The notes below the pieces were generated by a model. The model was not told the origin of the DNA. It made no database searches and saw nothing but the letters and a program-made list of their open reading frames with translations. From an uncultured Bacilli bacterium (GTDB lineage Bacteria; Bacillota_I; Bacilli_A; RF39; UBA660): DNA of 64,000 nt. The stretch covers positions 37,460 through 101,459 of the forward strand of contig CALVSO010000001.1 of assembly GCA_944359055.1 (NCBI GenBank). The letters are read 5' to 3'. Within the stretch, counting starts at the first letter, position 1. Each line of letters begins with the position of its first letter. Of the stretch, positions 1-8,627 are shown piece by piece. The translations under genes and the position numbers were made by a program.

Positions 1-2
1 TT

Positions 3-857
3 ATGGCTGCTCAATCAATTGGTGAACCTGGTACTCAGTTAACAATGCGTACTATCAACTCTGGTGGTGTTGCTGGTGACGATATTACTCAAGGTTTACC
101 TCGTGTTCAAGAATTATTCGAAGCACGTAATCCTAAAGGTAAAGCTACTATTTCTGAAATTAATGGTAAAATTACTAAGATTGAAGAATCTAATGGTAAA
201 TATGAAATTACTATTACTAACGATGCTGAAACTAAAGTTCATACAACAAATTATGGTGCTAAGTTATTAGTTGAAGTTAACCAAGAAGTAGAAGCCGGAG
301 ATAAATTATCATTCGGAGCTATCAGTCCAAAAGAATTGTTAGTTGTAACTGATCCAATTACTGTACAACAATATATCTTATTAGAAATTCAAAAAGTTTA
401 TCAATCTCAAGGTGTTAGTATTTCTGATAAACACGTTGAAATTATTGCTAAACGTATGATTTCTAAAATTAAAATTATTTCATCAGGTGATTCATATTAT
501 TTACCAGGTACTATGGTTAATATAAATCATTTTGCCGATACTAATAAACAATTGATCCTTGAAGGAAAAACTCCTGCTTTAGGTAGACCAGTATTATTAG
601 GTATTACTAAAGCAAGTTTGGAAACAGATTCATTCTTATCAGCTGCTTCATTCCAAGAAACAACAAGAATTTTAACTGATGCAGCAATTCATGGTAGAGT
701 AGATGAATTAAACGGATTAAAAGAAAATGTTATTATTGGTAAATTGATTCCAGCTGGTACTGGAGCTAAAAAATATCGTAAAGCTAATTACGATTTAGAA
801 ATACCTTATATTGATGATGAACCATTAGAAGCTTTAGAGCAAGAATTAATGGATTAA
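3..857 (+). CDS. rpoC: DNA-directed RNA polymerase subunit beta' (RpoC), C-terminal portion; the 5' end lies upstream of the window
   Basis: Translation matches the conserved RpoC C-terminus ([44 protein letters not shown]...). The ORF runs in from the window edge and ends at TAA 855-857. Confidence 0.9.
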   Translation: MAAQSIGEPGTQLTMRTINSGGVAGDDITQGLPRVQELFEARNPKGKATISEINGKITKIEESNGKYEITITNDAETKVHTTNYGAKLLVEVNQEVEAGDKLSFGAISPKELLVVTDPITVQQYILLEIQKVYQSQGVSISDKHVEIIAKRMISKIKIISSGDSYYLPGTMVNINHFADTNKQLILEGKTPALGRPVLLGITKASLETDSFLSAASFQETTRILTDAAIHGRVDELNGLKENVIIGKLIPAGTGAKKYRKANYDLEIPYIDDEPLEALEQELMD

Positions 858-858
858 T

Positions 859-886
859 AAAAACACCTATTTTCTAGGTGTTTTTA
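859..886. terminator. Bidirectional rho-independent terminator shared by the convergent rpoC and pgsA-like genes
   Basis: Hairpin AAAACACCTA-ttttc-TAGGTGTTTT with T-run on the + strand and A-run on the - strand. It overlaps the last codons of the minus-strand gene. Confidence 0.5.
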
Positions 887-1631
887 TGTATGTTTTTTCT
901 TTTTCTTCAACTTTAGGTGATGTTAATGATTCCTTTAAAGTTTTTAATTCTTCAATTTGTTTTTTATAAGGACTAATACTTAAGTCTTCATCATCAGTTT
1001 TTTTTTCTTCTATATTCGGATTTTCTTTCTTTTTTTCTTCTTTCTTTTTATCTATTGCATAATATTGAACTGCTGTACCTAATTGTAAAACGTTGGTATA
1101 ACAAGTTAAAGCAAATAATGAAATTGGAATATTTAAGGCTTTTGTTAAATATATTGCTGCTATAAGTACATATAAAACTGTTGTTTTAAATTTTCCTAAT
1201 AAAGTTGATTTAGGATTGTTTCCTTTTATTTGTGCCTTAAAGTTTATACTTCCAATTATTGTTTCTAAAACTATTGTTGATAATATTAAAAGTGGGTTAG
1301 TGATTAAAATAGGTAATGATATTCCTATTACAAATAATTTATCACTAACAGCATCTAGTTTTTGACCATAGTTACTAGTTGCATTCCATTTTCTTGCTAA
1401 GAATCCATCGAAACAATCGGTTAAGCCTAATATAGAAGCTATAATAGTAGCTAAAGCAAAATTACCAACTATTGCACAAGGAATTAAAAAAACTGGTGCA
1501 AAAATTCTTAATCTTGTCAAAAAATTTGGGATTTGCATTTTAATTCTTTGAACTTTATTTTTTTCTTTTTTTAAATTATTTAAATATTCGTTACGATATT
1601 TTTTATATTGATTTATCATCTCATTAAACAT
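867..1631 (-). CDS. CDP-alcohol phosphatidyltransferase (PgsA-like) with an N-terminal extension and a Lys/Glu-rich C-terminal tail
   Basis: Motif DGFLARKWNATSNYGQKLDAVSDKL is typical of CDP-alcohol phosphatidyltransferases. Multiple TM helices. A K/E-rich tail of about 60 aa is unusual. Confidence 0.7.
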   Translation of the reverse strand: MFNEMINQYKKYRNEYLNNLKKEKNKVQRIKMQIPNFLTRLRIFAPVFLIPCAIVGNFALATIIASILGLTDCFDGFLARKWNATSNYGQKLDAVSDKLFVIGISLPILITNPLLILSTIVLETIIGSINFKAQIKGNNPKSTLLGKFKTTVLYVLIAAIYLTKALNIPISLFALTCYTNVLQLGTAVQYYAIDKKKEEKKKENPNIEEKKTDDEDLSISPYKKQIEELKTLKESLTSPKVEEKEKTYIKTPRK

Positions 1632-1827
1632 ATAAATTCCCCCATAAGTATTTTATCATATTTTCGGAACTTTTTAACATTTTGTTGCATATAATATAAT
1701 GTATCTATTGATACATTTAGAAAGCTCGTAGGATTACGGCTTTCTTTTTTATGTAAAAATGTGGTAATTATTATTTTTTAGTGTACAAATTATGTCGAAA
1801 AATGTTATAATTATATAAGGTGAGGGT

Positions 1828-3825
1828 ATGAAAAAGATAATTAATGTTATGTTTGCTATTATTTTTCTTTTTGTTAGTTTAATACCACCTGTTATGGCTT
1901 CGGAAATAAGATATGGCTATGTTAGTTCTACTTTAGGTAATGGTATTTCAGTAAGAAGTGGAGCTGGAACAAGTTATTCTAAATTAAGCGATGGATTGGG
2001 TGAAGGAGAACAAGTTAAAATATTAGCCGAATACAAACCTGATGATGGAACAAATTCTGAGTGTAGTTTATGGTATAAAATAGAATTTTATGAAGTTGAT
2101 TCAGGCGTTGGATATGCATGTGCTGATTTAATTAAATTAATTGAAATTCAAACTGATGAAGACTTTGAAGAAAGTTTAAAAGATTTTCCTGAAAGTTATC
2201 ATGATTCTTTAAGATTATTACATACAATTTATCCTAATGCTATATTTAAAGCATATGATACAAGATTAGATTTTAATACAGTTGTTAAAAATGAAGCAAC
2301 TTTGGGTAAAAGTTTAATTTGGGATTCAAATAATTCAAGAGATGGATTAAAGCACATGGATAGTTATAATTATAAAACAAATAAATTTGCTAATGATTAT
2401 CCAGGCGGTGGCTCTACTTGGTATGCGGCTAGTGAAGAAACACTTGCATATTATATAGATCCTAGAAATTTTCTAAATGAAACTAGAATATTTATGTTTG
2501 AAAGTTTATCATATAGTGCTTCTACTCATACACTTGATGGTGTTTCTGCTATTTTAGCTGGCAGTTTTATGGCTAAAGAAAAAGTTGATGGAGGGAGTAA
2601 ATCTTTTGCCCAAGTTATTTATAGTGCAGGTACATCTTATAAAATAAATCCATATTATTTAGCAAGTCGTATTTTACAAGAAACTGGATATACTAGAAGT
2701 GCTTTAGTAAAAGGAACTTATCCTAGTTATCCACAATTTAATGGTTATTATAATTTCTTTAATTATGGTGCTACAGGAAAAAATGTTGTCTATAATGGTT
2801 TGGAATATGCATATAATAAAGGCTGGAATTCCGAAGAAAAAGCTATTAAAGGTGGTTCTAGCTTAGTTGGTAAAAATTATATTAATGTTGGACAAGATAC
2901 AAATTATTTTCAAAAATGGGATGTTGTTTGTGATAAAACTAATATAAGCAGTTGTAGTTTTTATTCTCATCAATATATGCAAAATATAGAAGCTCCATAT
3001 AGTGAAGCAAATTCTACATATAAAGGATATAAAGAAATATTTGGAGATAAAATGTACGATCAAGTTTTTATATTTACAATACCTGTTTATAAAAATATGC
3101 CTGATAAAACAGTTTTACCTAGTGAAAAAAATCCTATAAATTACTTGAAAACTTTGACCGTTAATGGAAAAAGTGTAGCTAATTTTAATAGTTTAAAAAC
3201 AAATTATTCTATTACTTTACCAGCAAGTACTGGAAGTATAAATGTTGGTGCTAGTGTTATTGAATCAAGATCTTCTGTTAGTGGTACAGGCGATATTAAA
3301 ATTACTAAAGATGGTCAAGTTATACCTGTTACAGTAACAGCTCAAAATGGTGACAAATTAGTATACAATATAACAGTTAAATTAACAGATGCAGAAAATA
3401 TGACTTTAGACGATACAATTAATAATATTAAATCTGGTACTTTTAAAGATGGTTATGTAACAGGTTTAACGAACACTTCAACTATAATAAAAGCAGTAAC
3501 AGATGTAAATGTTTTAGCTGATGTTAAAATAACTGATTTAGATGGTAAAGAAGCAAGCGGATCTGTTGGAACTGGTTATAAAGTAACAATTACTGTTGGT
3601 GACGAAAGTAAAACTTTTGAAGTTGTTATCTATGGTGATACTAATGGTGATGGCGAAATAGATATTTTAGATTTATTAAGAGTTCAAAAACATATTTTAA
3701 AAGCTTCAACTTTAAATGAAACACAAATAAAAGCTAGTGATGTATCTAAAGATGGAACTGTAGATATTTTAGATTTACTTAAAGTTCAAAAACATATTTT
3801 AGGTGCTTCAACGATAAAACAATAA
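1828..3825 (+). CDS. Secreted cell-wall hydrolase: signal peptide, SH3b-like domain, GH73-like glucosaminidase domain, cadherin-like/Ig-like beta-sandwich domains, C-terminal type-I dockerin
   Basis: N-terminal signal peptide (MKKIINVMFAIIFLFVSLIPPVMA). GISVRSGAGTSYSKL...QVKILAEY is SH3b-like. YYLASRILQETGYTRS...NFFNYGATG resembles glucosaminidase (LytD/Atl) motifs. LKTLTVNGKSVANFNSLKTNYSITLP...VTVTAQNGDKLVYNITV is cadherin-like. The C-terminus carries two 22-residue Ca-binding dockerin repeats DTNGDGEIDILDLLRVQKHIL and DVSKDGTVDILDLLKVQKHIL. RBS AAGGTGAGGG. Confidence 0.7.
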   Translation: MKKIINVMFAIIFLFVSLIPPVMASEIRYGYVSSTLGNGISVRSGAGTSYSKLSDGLGEGEQVKILAEYKPDDGTNSECSLWYKIEFYEVDSGVGYACADLIKLIEIQTDEDFEESLKDFPESYHDSLRLLHTIYPNAIFKAYDTRLDFNTVVKNEATLGKSLIWDSNNSRDGLKHMDSYNYKTNKFANDYPGGGSTWYAASEETLAYYIDPRNFLNETRIFMFESLSYSASTHTLDGVSAILAGSFMAKEKVDGGSKSFAQVIYSAGTSYKINPYYLASRILQETGYTRSALVKGTYPSYPQFNGYYNFFNYGATGKNVVYNGLEYAYNKGWNSEEKAIKGGSSLVGKNYINVGQDTNYFQKWDVVCDKTNISSCSFYSHQYMQNIEAPYSEANSTYKGYKEIFGDKMYDQVFIFTIPVYKNMPDKTVLPSEKNPINYLKTLTVNGKSVANFNSLKTNYSITLPASTGSINVGASVIESRSSVSGTGDIKITKDGQVIPVTVTAQNGDKLVYNITVKLTDAENMTLDDTINNIKSGTFKDGYVTGLTNTSTIIKAVTDVNVLADVKITDLDGKEASGSVGTGYKVTITVGDESKTFEVVIYGDTNGDGEIDILDLLRVQKHILKASTLNETQIKASDVSKDGTVDILDLLKVQKHILGASTIKQ

Positions 3826-3835
3826 GGAGGGTATA

Positions 3836-5311
3836 ATGAAGAAAATTAGTTTAATATTATTTAGTATATTTTTAAGTTTTTTAATCGTAAATAAAGTAGA
3901 TGCTTCTAGTGCAACTATAAGTGTTTACTCTTCTAAATCAACAGTTATAGTAGGTGATACAGTAACAGTTACTGTTAAAGTATCATCTTCTGCTAATTTA
4001 GGATCTTGGAATTTTGATGTAGTTCCTTCTTCTAACTTAAGCTTTGTAAGTTCTAGCTTTGGTGGATTATATGTTGCTGAATCAGCTTCAAGTTTAAATA
4101 CAAAATCAAAAACATATACATTTAAATTTAAAGCTAAGTCATCTGGAACTGGATCTGTTAGTATTAAAAATGCTCGTGTTTTAGACATGGATACTGAAAA
4201 AAATATGAGTGTTTCAGCTGGTAAAACTAGTTTCAAAATGATGACGCAATCTGAATTAGAGTCTACTTATAGTAAAAATAATAATTTATCTAGTTTAAAA
4301 ATTGAAGGATATGATTTAGAATTTAATAAAGACACTTTAGAATATAATATTGATTTAAATTTTGATGTTAAGGAAATTAATATTATAGCTGAAGCTGAAG
4401 ATAGTAAATCTTCTATTGATGGAGATGGCAAGGTAACTTTATCACAAGGAATGAATCAAATTAAAATAGTTGTTACTGCTCAAAATGGTAGTACAAAAAC
4501 ATATATTATAAATGCTAATGTTAAAGAGATGAATCCTATTGAAGTAACTATAGATGGTAATACATATACAGTTGTTAGACAACAAGAATTTTTACCTGTT
4601 GCCAGTATGTATTATCAAGGAACAACTGTCAAAATAAATGAAGAAGATGTTCCTGCTTATTATAATCAAACAGTAGATTTTACTTTAGTTGGATTGAAAG
4701 ATAGTAATGGTAACGTTAATTTATATTTATATAAAGATGGTAATTACACTTTATACAATGAATCTAATTTTAATTCTTTAGGTATTTATATTTTAGATAT
4801 GGATGAGTCATTAATTCCTAAGGGATATGTGGAAACTAAAATAAATATTGGTGATAAAGAAGTGGTTGCTTATTCTAAAGATGGTTATGAATATCCATTA
4901 ATATATGGATTAAATTTAGAAAATGGAAGTAAAAATTTATATAAATATGATGCTAAAGAAAATACATTACAAAGATACGAAAATGTTACCATAAATACAG
5001 ATATTTATTTTAATGCATTAATTGGTATGTTTGGATTCATAATAGTTTCATATATTATATTTATAGTATTATTATCAAATAAAAATAAACAACAAAAAAA
5101 CTTTTTAGATAAAACAATGCGTATGAATATTATTGATGTAAATGATAATGCTTTAGAAAATGTTTTAGGTGTTAAAACTAAAAAAGAATTAAAAAAAGAA
5201 AAAAAATTAGCTAAAAAATTAGCTAAAAAGAATAAAGTTGTTGTTGAAAATATAGAAAATAATCCAAACGAAGAAAATGTAAAAGGCGAAGAAGAAATGG
5301 CTAGTTTGTAG
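3836..5311 (+). CDS. Membrane-anchored surface protein with an N-terminal cohesin-like domain, a cadherin-like domain, a C-terminal TM anchor and a basic tail
   Basis: Signal peptide, then ISVYSSKSTVIVGDTVTVTVKVSSSANLGSWNFDVV...KFKAKSSGTGSVSI, which resembles the cohesin beta-sandwich signature. LSSLKIEGYDLEFNKDTLEYNIDL...VVTAQNGSTKTYIINANV is cadherin-like. TM helix FGFIIVSYIIFIVLLS followed by a KKEKKLAKKLAKK tail. RBS AAGGAGGG. Confidence 0.6.
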   Translation: MKKISLILFSIFLSFLIVNKVDASSATISVYSSKSTVIVGDTVTVTVKVSSSANLGSWNFDVVPSSNLSFVSSSFGGLYVAESASSLNTKSKTYTFKFKAKSSGTGSVSIKNARVLDMDTEKNMSVSAGKTSFKMMTQSELESTYSKNNNLSSLKIEGYDLEFNKDTLEYNIDLNFDVKEINIIAEAEDSKSSIDGDGKVTLSQGMNQIKIVVTAQNGSTKTYIINANVKEMNPIEVTIDGNTYTVVRQQEFLPVASMYYQGTTVKINEEDVPAYYNQTVDFTLVGLKDSNGNVNLYLYKDGNYTLYNESNFNSLGIYILDMDESLIPKGYVETKINIGDKEVVAYSKDGYEYPLIYGLNLENGSKNLYKYDAKENTLQRYENVTINTDIYFNALIGMFGFIIVSYIIFIVLLSNKNKQQKNFLDKTMRMNIIDVNDNALENVLGVKTKKELKKEKKLAKKLAKKNKVVVENIENNPNEENVKGEEEMASL

Positions 5312-5354
5312 CCATTTAACTTAAGATATAAAATTTGATATATAATTAAAGAAT

Positions 5355-5386
5355 AAAAAAGTTGCTATAAAAAAGCAATTTTTTTT
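5355..5386 (+). terminator. Rho-independent terminator after the cohesin-like gene
   Basis: AAAAAAGTTGC-tataaaaaa-GCAATTTTTTTT hairpin with T-run. Confidence 0.5.
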
Positions 5387-5436
5387 AAAATTTTGCAGGA
5401 AATCACTATACTTTTGGCGAATAAAACTAATAGGAG

Positions 5437-6296
5437 GTGATTTATATAAAAAAATTCTACACTGCAAAACATGAGCCAGTTTTCATGTATGCTGCTGTTA
5501 AAAAAGAATTTCTAATTGCTATTTTAGAACCAATCATAGATAAAAAAATTGAAGAATTAGAAATACTAAATCCTAATTTAGTTCAAGATTATTTTAAATT
5601 AAGAGGCCAAAGATTAGATTTATTAGTAAAAACAAAAAATGAAATAATTAATGTAGAATTAAATACTAATTATAATGAAGAAATAAAAATTAGAAATCTT
5701 CATTATGTATTTAAATTAGCGAGCGAAAATACGGAAAGAGGAAATAAGTATAAAGTAGGCCATTCGATAGTTCAAGTAAATTTAAACTTTTATAATAGTA
5801 AATATGAAAAAAGTATCTATACATTATATGATAAAACAAATAAAATAGAGTTAACAGATTATATAAAATATATAATGTAGGTATAGACAAATACATAAAA
5901 AACTATTATAATAATGATAAGAAGTTTACCAAAGGTGAAGAAGCATTAATCATGTTAGATTTAGATAAAAAAGAATTAGAAGAATTATCGGAAAAGAGTG
6001 ATATAGTGGATAAGTATAAAAAAGAAGTAATAAAAGCAAATAATGATCAATTTGTAGTAGATTGGATAAGTCGTGAAGAAGAGCAAAAACAATATGAAGA
6101 AGTAATGTATGAGAAAGGTATCACTCAAGGTGTCATTCAAGGAAAACAACAAGGAATAAAAGAAGGAATTTCCCAAGGCATTGAAAAAGCAAATATGGAA
6201 AATGCAAAAAAAATGTTAGAATTAAATATGGATTTAGAGACAATAAGCAAAATAACCAATTTAACTATAGAGCAAATTAAAAATTTAAATTTATAA
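5437..6296 (+). pseudogene. Rpn-family (YhgA-like, PD-(D/E)XK) recombination-promoting nuclease/putative transposase, disrupted into two ORFs (5437-5880 and 5952-6296)
   Basis: The first ORF has an N-terminal-like region (HEPVFMYAAVKKEFLIAILEPII) and a nuclease core (LDLLVKTKNEIINVELNTNYNEEIKIRNLHYVFKL). The second ORF carries the characteristic C-terminal (EKGIxQG)n repeat EKGITQGVIQGKQQGIKEGISQGIEKA and a LETISKITNLTIEQIKNL tail. An in-frame stop and a gap separate the two parts. Confidence 0.55.
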
Positions 6297-6317
6297 TTGG
6301 TTATGCTAATAAAATAT

Positions 6318-6362
6318 TAAAAAAGTACTTTTAAAAATTTTATTAAAAAAGTACTTTTTTTA
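6318..6362. terminator. Bidirectional terminator region between convergent genes (two copies of the palindromic AAAAAGTACTTTT hairpin)
   Basis: aaaaagtacttttaaaaattttattaaaaaagtactttttt. Each copy is self-complementary around GTAC and flanked by A and T runs. Confidence 0.5.
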
Positions 6363-6404
6363 AATATTATTCAAATTTCACTTTATATCAGAAATTCTTG
6401 AATT

Positions 6405-7475
6405 TTAGTTTTTTCTTTTTTTAAATAAATTAAGAGAAAATTTACTTTTATCATGTTCAATAATTATATTAGTTTTTAAAACAAATATTAAAACTAATAA
6501 CATTAAAATTCCATATAATAGATATCCTAATTTATTGTCTATTAATACATAAACAATAGAAGCTAGAGCAAATAAAGAATCAATAAAACATATTATTAAT
6601 ACTGTTTTTCTATGGGAAAAATTCATGTTTAGTAGTTGATGATGAATATGAAATTTATCTGGTTTAGTAATACTTTCATTTTTTAAGTATCTTCTTATTA
6701 TAGCAAATATAGTATCTAGAAAAGGAATTGCTAATATCGTAAATGGAATAATAATAGAAGTCATTGTAACGTTTTTAAATCCTAGAAGTGCAATAACACT
6801 TATTATAAAACCTAAAAACATAGAACCAGTATCGCCCATAAATATTGAAGCAGGATTAGCATTATATTTTAAGAATCCTAAACAAGACCCTAACATAATA
6901 AAACATAATATAAAATCTAATCCTTGTGTATGTTTAAAAATAGCAATACTTCCAACTGTTAAGAAAAATATACTACTAATACCTGTTGCTAGTCCATCTA
7001 AACCATCAATTAAATTCATGCAATTTATAAATGCAAGAATAAAAATTATTGTTACTAAATAAGATAAAATTCCAAAATCAATGTATATTCCAAATGCACT
7101 CATACTTGATAATAATATTTTTCCATAAAACACTACAACTAATGTTGCTGCAATTTGACCACATAATTTTACTTTGGCACTTAATGGCTTTATATCATCG
7201 ATTATACCAGTAATTATAATAATAAAACTTCCTATTAAAATTGAATTCATAACATCAGTATGTTTTCCAAATACCATATAACCAAATAAGAATCCGGCAT
7301 AAATAGCTAAGCCACCTAATCGTGGTATTGGAACTTTATGAACCTTTCTTTCATTTGGAATATCCAATGCTCCAACATGATTTGCTATTTTCTTTACAAT
7401 AGGTACCATTAAATATACAAATAGGTAACAGGTTAATGTTACTAATAATACTTGAATAAAAATTTCGTTTGACAT
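6405..7475 (-). CDS. tagO: Undecaprenyl-phosphate N-acetylhexosamine-1-phosphate transferase (TagO/WecA/MraY family), probable initiating transferase
   Basis: About 11 TM segments. Motifs IIDDIKPLSA, NCMNLIDGLDGLATGIS and FMGDTGSMFLGF are typical of MraY/WecA-family polyprenyl-phosphate HexNAc-1-P transferases. Confidence 0.85.
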   Translation of the reverse strand: MSNEIFIQVLLVTLTCYLFVYLMVPIVKKIANHVGALDIPNERKVHKVPIPRLGGLAIYAGFLFGYMVFGKHTDVMNSILIGSFIIIITGIIDDIKPLSAKVKLCGQIAATLVVVFYGKILLSSMSAFGIYIDFGILSYLVTIIFILAFINCMNLIDGLDGLATGISSIFFLTVGSIAIFKHTQGLDFILCFIMLGSCLGFLKYNANPASIFMGDTGSMFLGFIISVIALLGFKNVTMTSIIIPFTILAIPFLDTIFAIIRRYLKNESITKPDKFHIHHQLLNMNFSHRKTVLIICFIDSLFALASIVYVLIDNKLGYLLYGILMLLVLIFVLKTNIIIEHDKSKFSLNLFKKRKN

Positions 7476-7652
7476 CTTAACACCTCTATTAATAATTTTA
7501 TCAAATTTTTACATTTTAGTCTATATAATTGTTAAATGTTAATTATAATTAAAAAAAATAATTAAAATTAGTAAAATAATGTAAATAGTCTTTTAATATT
7601 AAAGAAAATATTATATAATTAGATTAATGGAATATTAGTGAGGAGAGATGTA

Positions 7653-8615
7653 ATGAAGACATATTTAATTACTGGAGGAGCTGGTTTTATTGGCTCAACT
7701 CTAGCAGATAAATTATTAGAAATGGGTAACAGAGTGGTTGTAATTGATAATTTTTGTGATTTTTACGATCCAAAATATAAAGAAAAGAACATAAAAGAAA
7801 GTTTAAAAAATAAAAATTATTCTTTGTATAGAGTGGATATTAGAAATTATTTAGAATTAGAAAAAGCTTTTAAAGAAAATAATGTTGATTGTATAGTCCA
7901 TTTGGCAGCTATGGCAGGTGTTCGCCCTTCAATAGAAAATCCTATTTTATATCAAGAAGTAAATGGATTAGGCACACAAAATATTTTAGAAATAGCTAAA
8001 AAATATTCAGTAAAAAATTTAGTTATGGCTTCTTCAAGTAGTGTTTATGGTAATTGCGATAAGGTTCCTTTTAAGGAAGATTTTATAGTTGATTATGCTA
8101 TAAGTCCATATGCTGCAACAAAAAAAAGTAATGAAGTTATGGCACATGTTTATCATAAATTATTTAACATGAATATAATCATGCTAAGATTTTTTACAGT
8201 TTATGGTCCAAAACAAAGACCGGATTTAGCTATTAATAAATTTACGAGATTAATGTTAGAAGATAAAGAAATACCAATGTATGGTGATGGTTCTACATCT
8301 AGAGATTATACTTATGTTGATGATATAGTTGATGGAATTATAAAATCAACAGAGTATGTTTTCAATAATGATAATGTTTATGAAATAATTAATATTGGTA
8401 ATTCAACTCCAATTTCATTAAAAGAGATGATTGACATTATTGGTGAGGTTTTAGGAGTAACACCTAAAATTGAACAATTACCTATGCAGCCAGGTGATGT
8501 TGAACGAACTTATGCTGATATAAGTAAAGCAAAAGAACTATTGAATTATGCCCCTAAAACTTCATTTAAAGAAGGAATTAAAAAATTTGTTGAATGGCAT
8601 TTAAAACAAAAATAG
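7653..8615 (+). CDS. NAD-dependent sugar-nucleotide epimerase (UDP-glucuronate 4-epimerase-like, SDR family)
   Basis: TGGAGFIGS Rossmann motif, YAATK catalytic Y-x3-K, and overall GalE/Cap1J-like layout. ATG at 7653 lies 6 nt after GAGGAGAG. The track ORF begins at GTG 7638. Confidence 0.8.
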   Translation: MKTYLITGGAGFIGSTLADKLLEMGNRVVVIDNFCDFYDPKYKEKNIKESLKNKNYSLYRVDIRNYLELEKAFKENNVDCIVHLAAMAGVRPSIENPILYQEVNGLGTQNILEIAKKYSVKNLVMASSSSVYGNCDKVPFKEDFIVDYAISPYAATKKSNEVMAHVYHKLFNMNIIMLRFFTVYGPKQRPDLAINKFTRLMLEDKEIPMYGDGSTSRDYTYVDDIVDGIIKSTEYVFNNDNVYEIINIGNSTPISLKEMIDIIGEVLGVTPKIEQLPMQPGDVERTYADISKAKELLNYAPKTSFKEGIKKFVEWHLKQK

Positions 8616-8627
8616 ACGGAGATTATT

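Noticed and set aside
64-270. Small ORFs nested in or antisense to well-supported genes (e.g. 64-270 +, 2863-3063 -, 3925-4236 -, 5711-5896 -, 5985-6176 -, 8839-9027 -, 11684-11896 -, 15412-15627 -, 16848-17039 -, 21954-22175 -, 25730-25939 -, 30381-30617 -, 33636-33821 -, 35487-35684 -, 37052-37243 -, 43562-43789 -, 45992-46270 -, 49004-49186 +, 51850-52038 -, 53365-53580 -, 54884-55078 +)
   Set aside because: All lie inside longer ORFs that have clear protein-family signatures on the other strand or frame. Their translations are low-complexity (I/L/F/K/N-rich), as expected from chance stop-free stretches in ~25% GC DNA. None has an RBS.
5200-5235. Short tandem nucleotide repeat aaaaaattagctaaaaaattagctaaaaag
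   Set aside because: It lies inside the CDS and encodes the KKLAKKLAKK basic tail of the cohesin-like protein. This is low-complexity coding sequence, not a regulatory repeat.
6318-6362. Two direct copies of AAAAAGTACTTTT about 25 bp apart, checked as a possible CRISPR-like or binding-site repeat
   Set aside because: Each copy is a self-complementary GTAC-centred hairpin between convergent genes, which is a bidirectional terminator. There is no spacer/repeat array structure.
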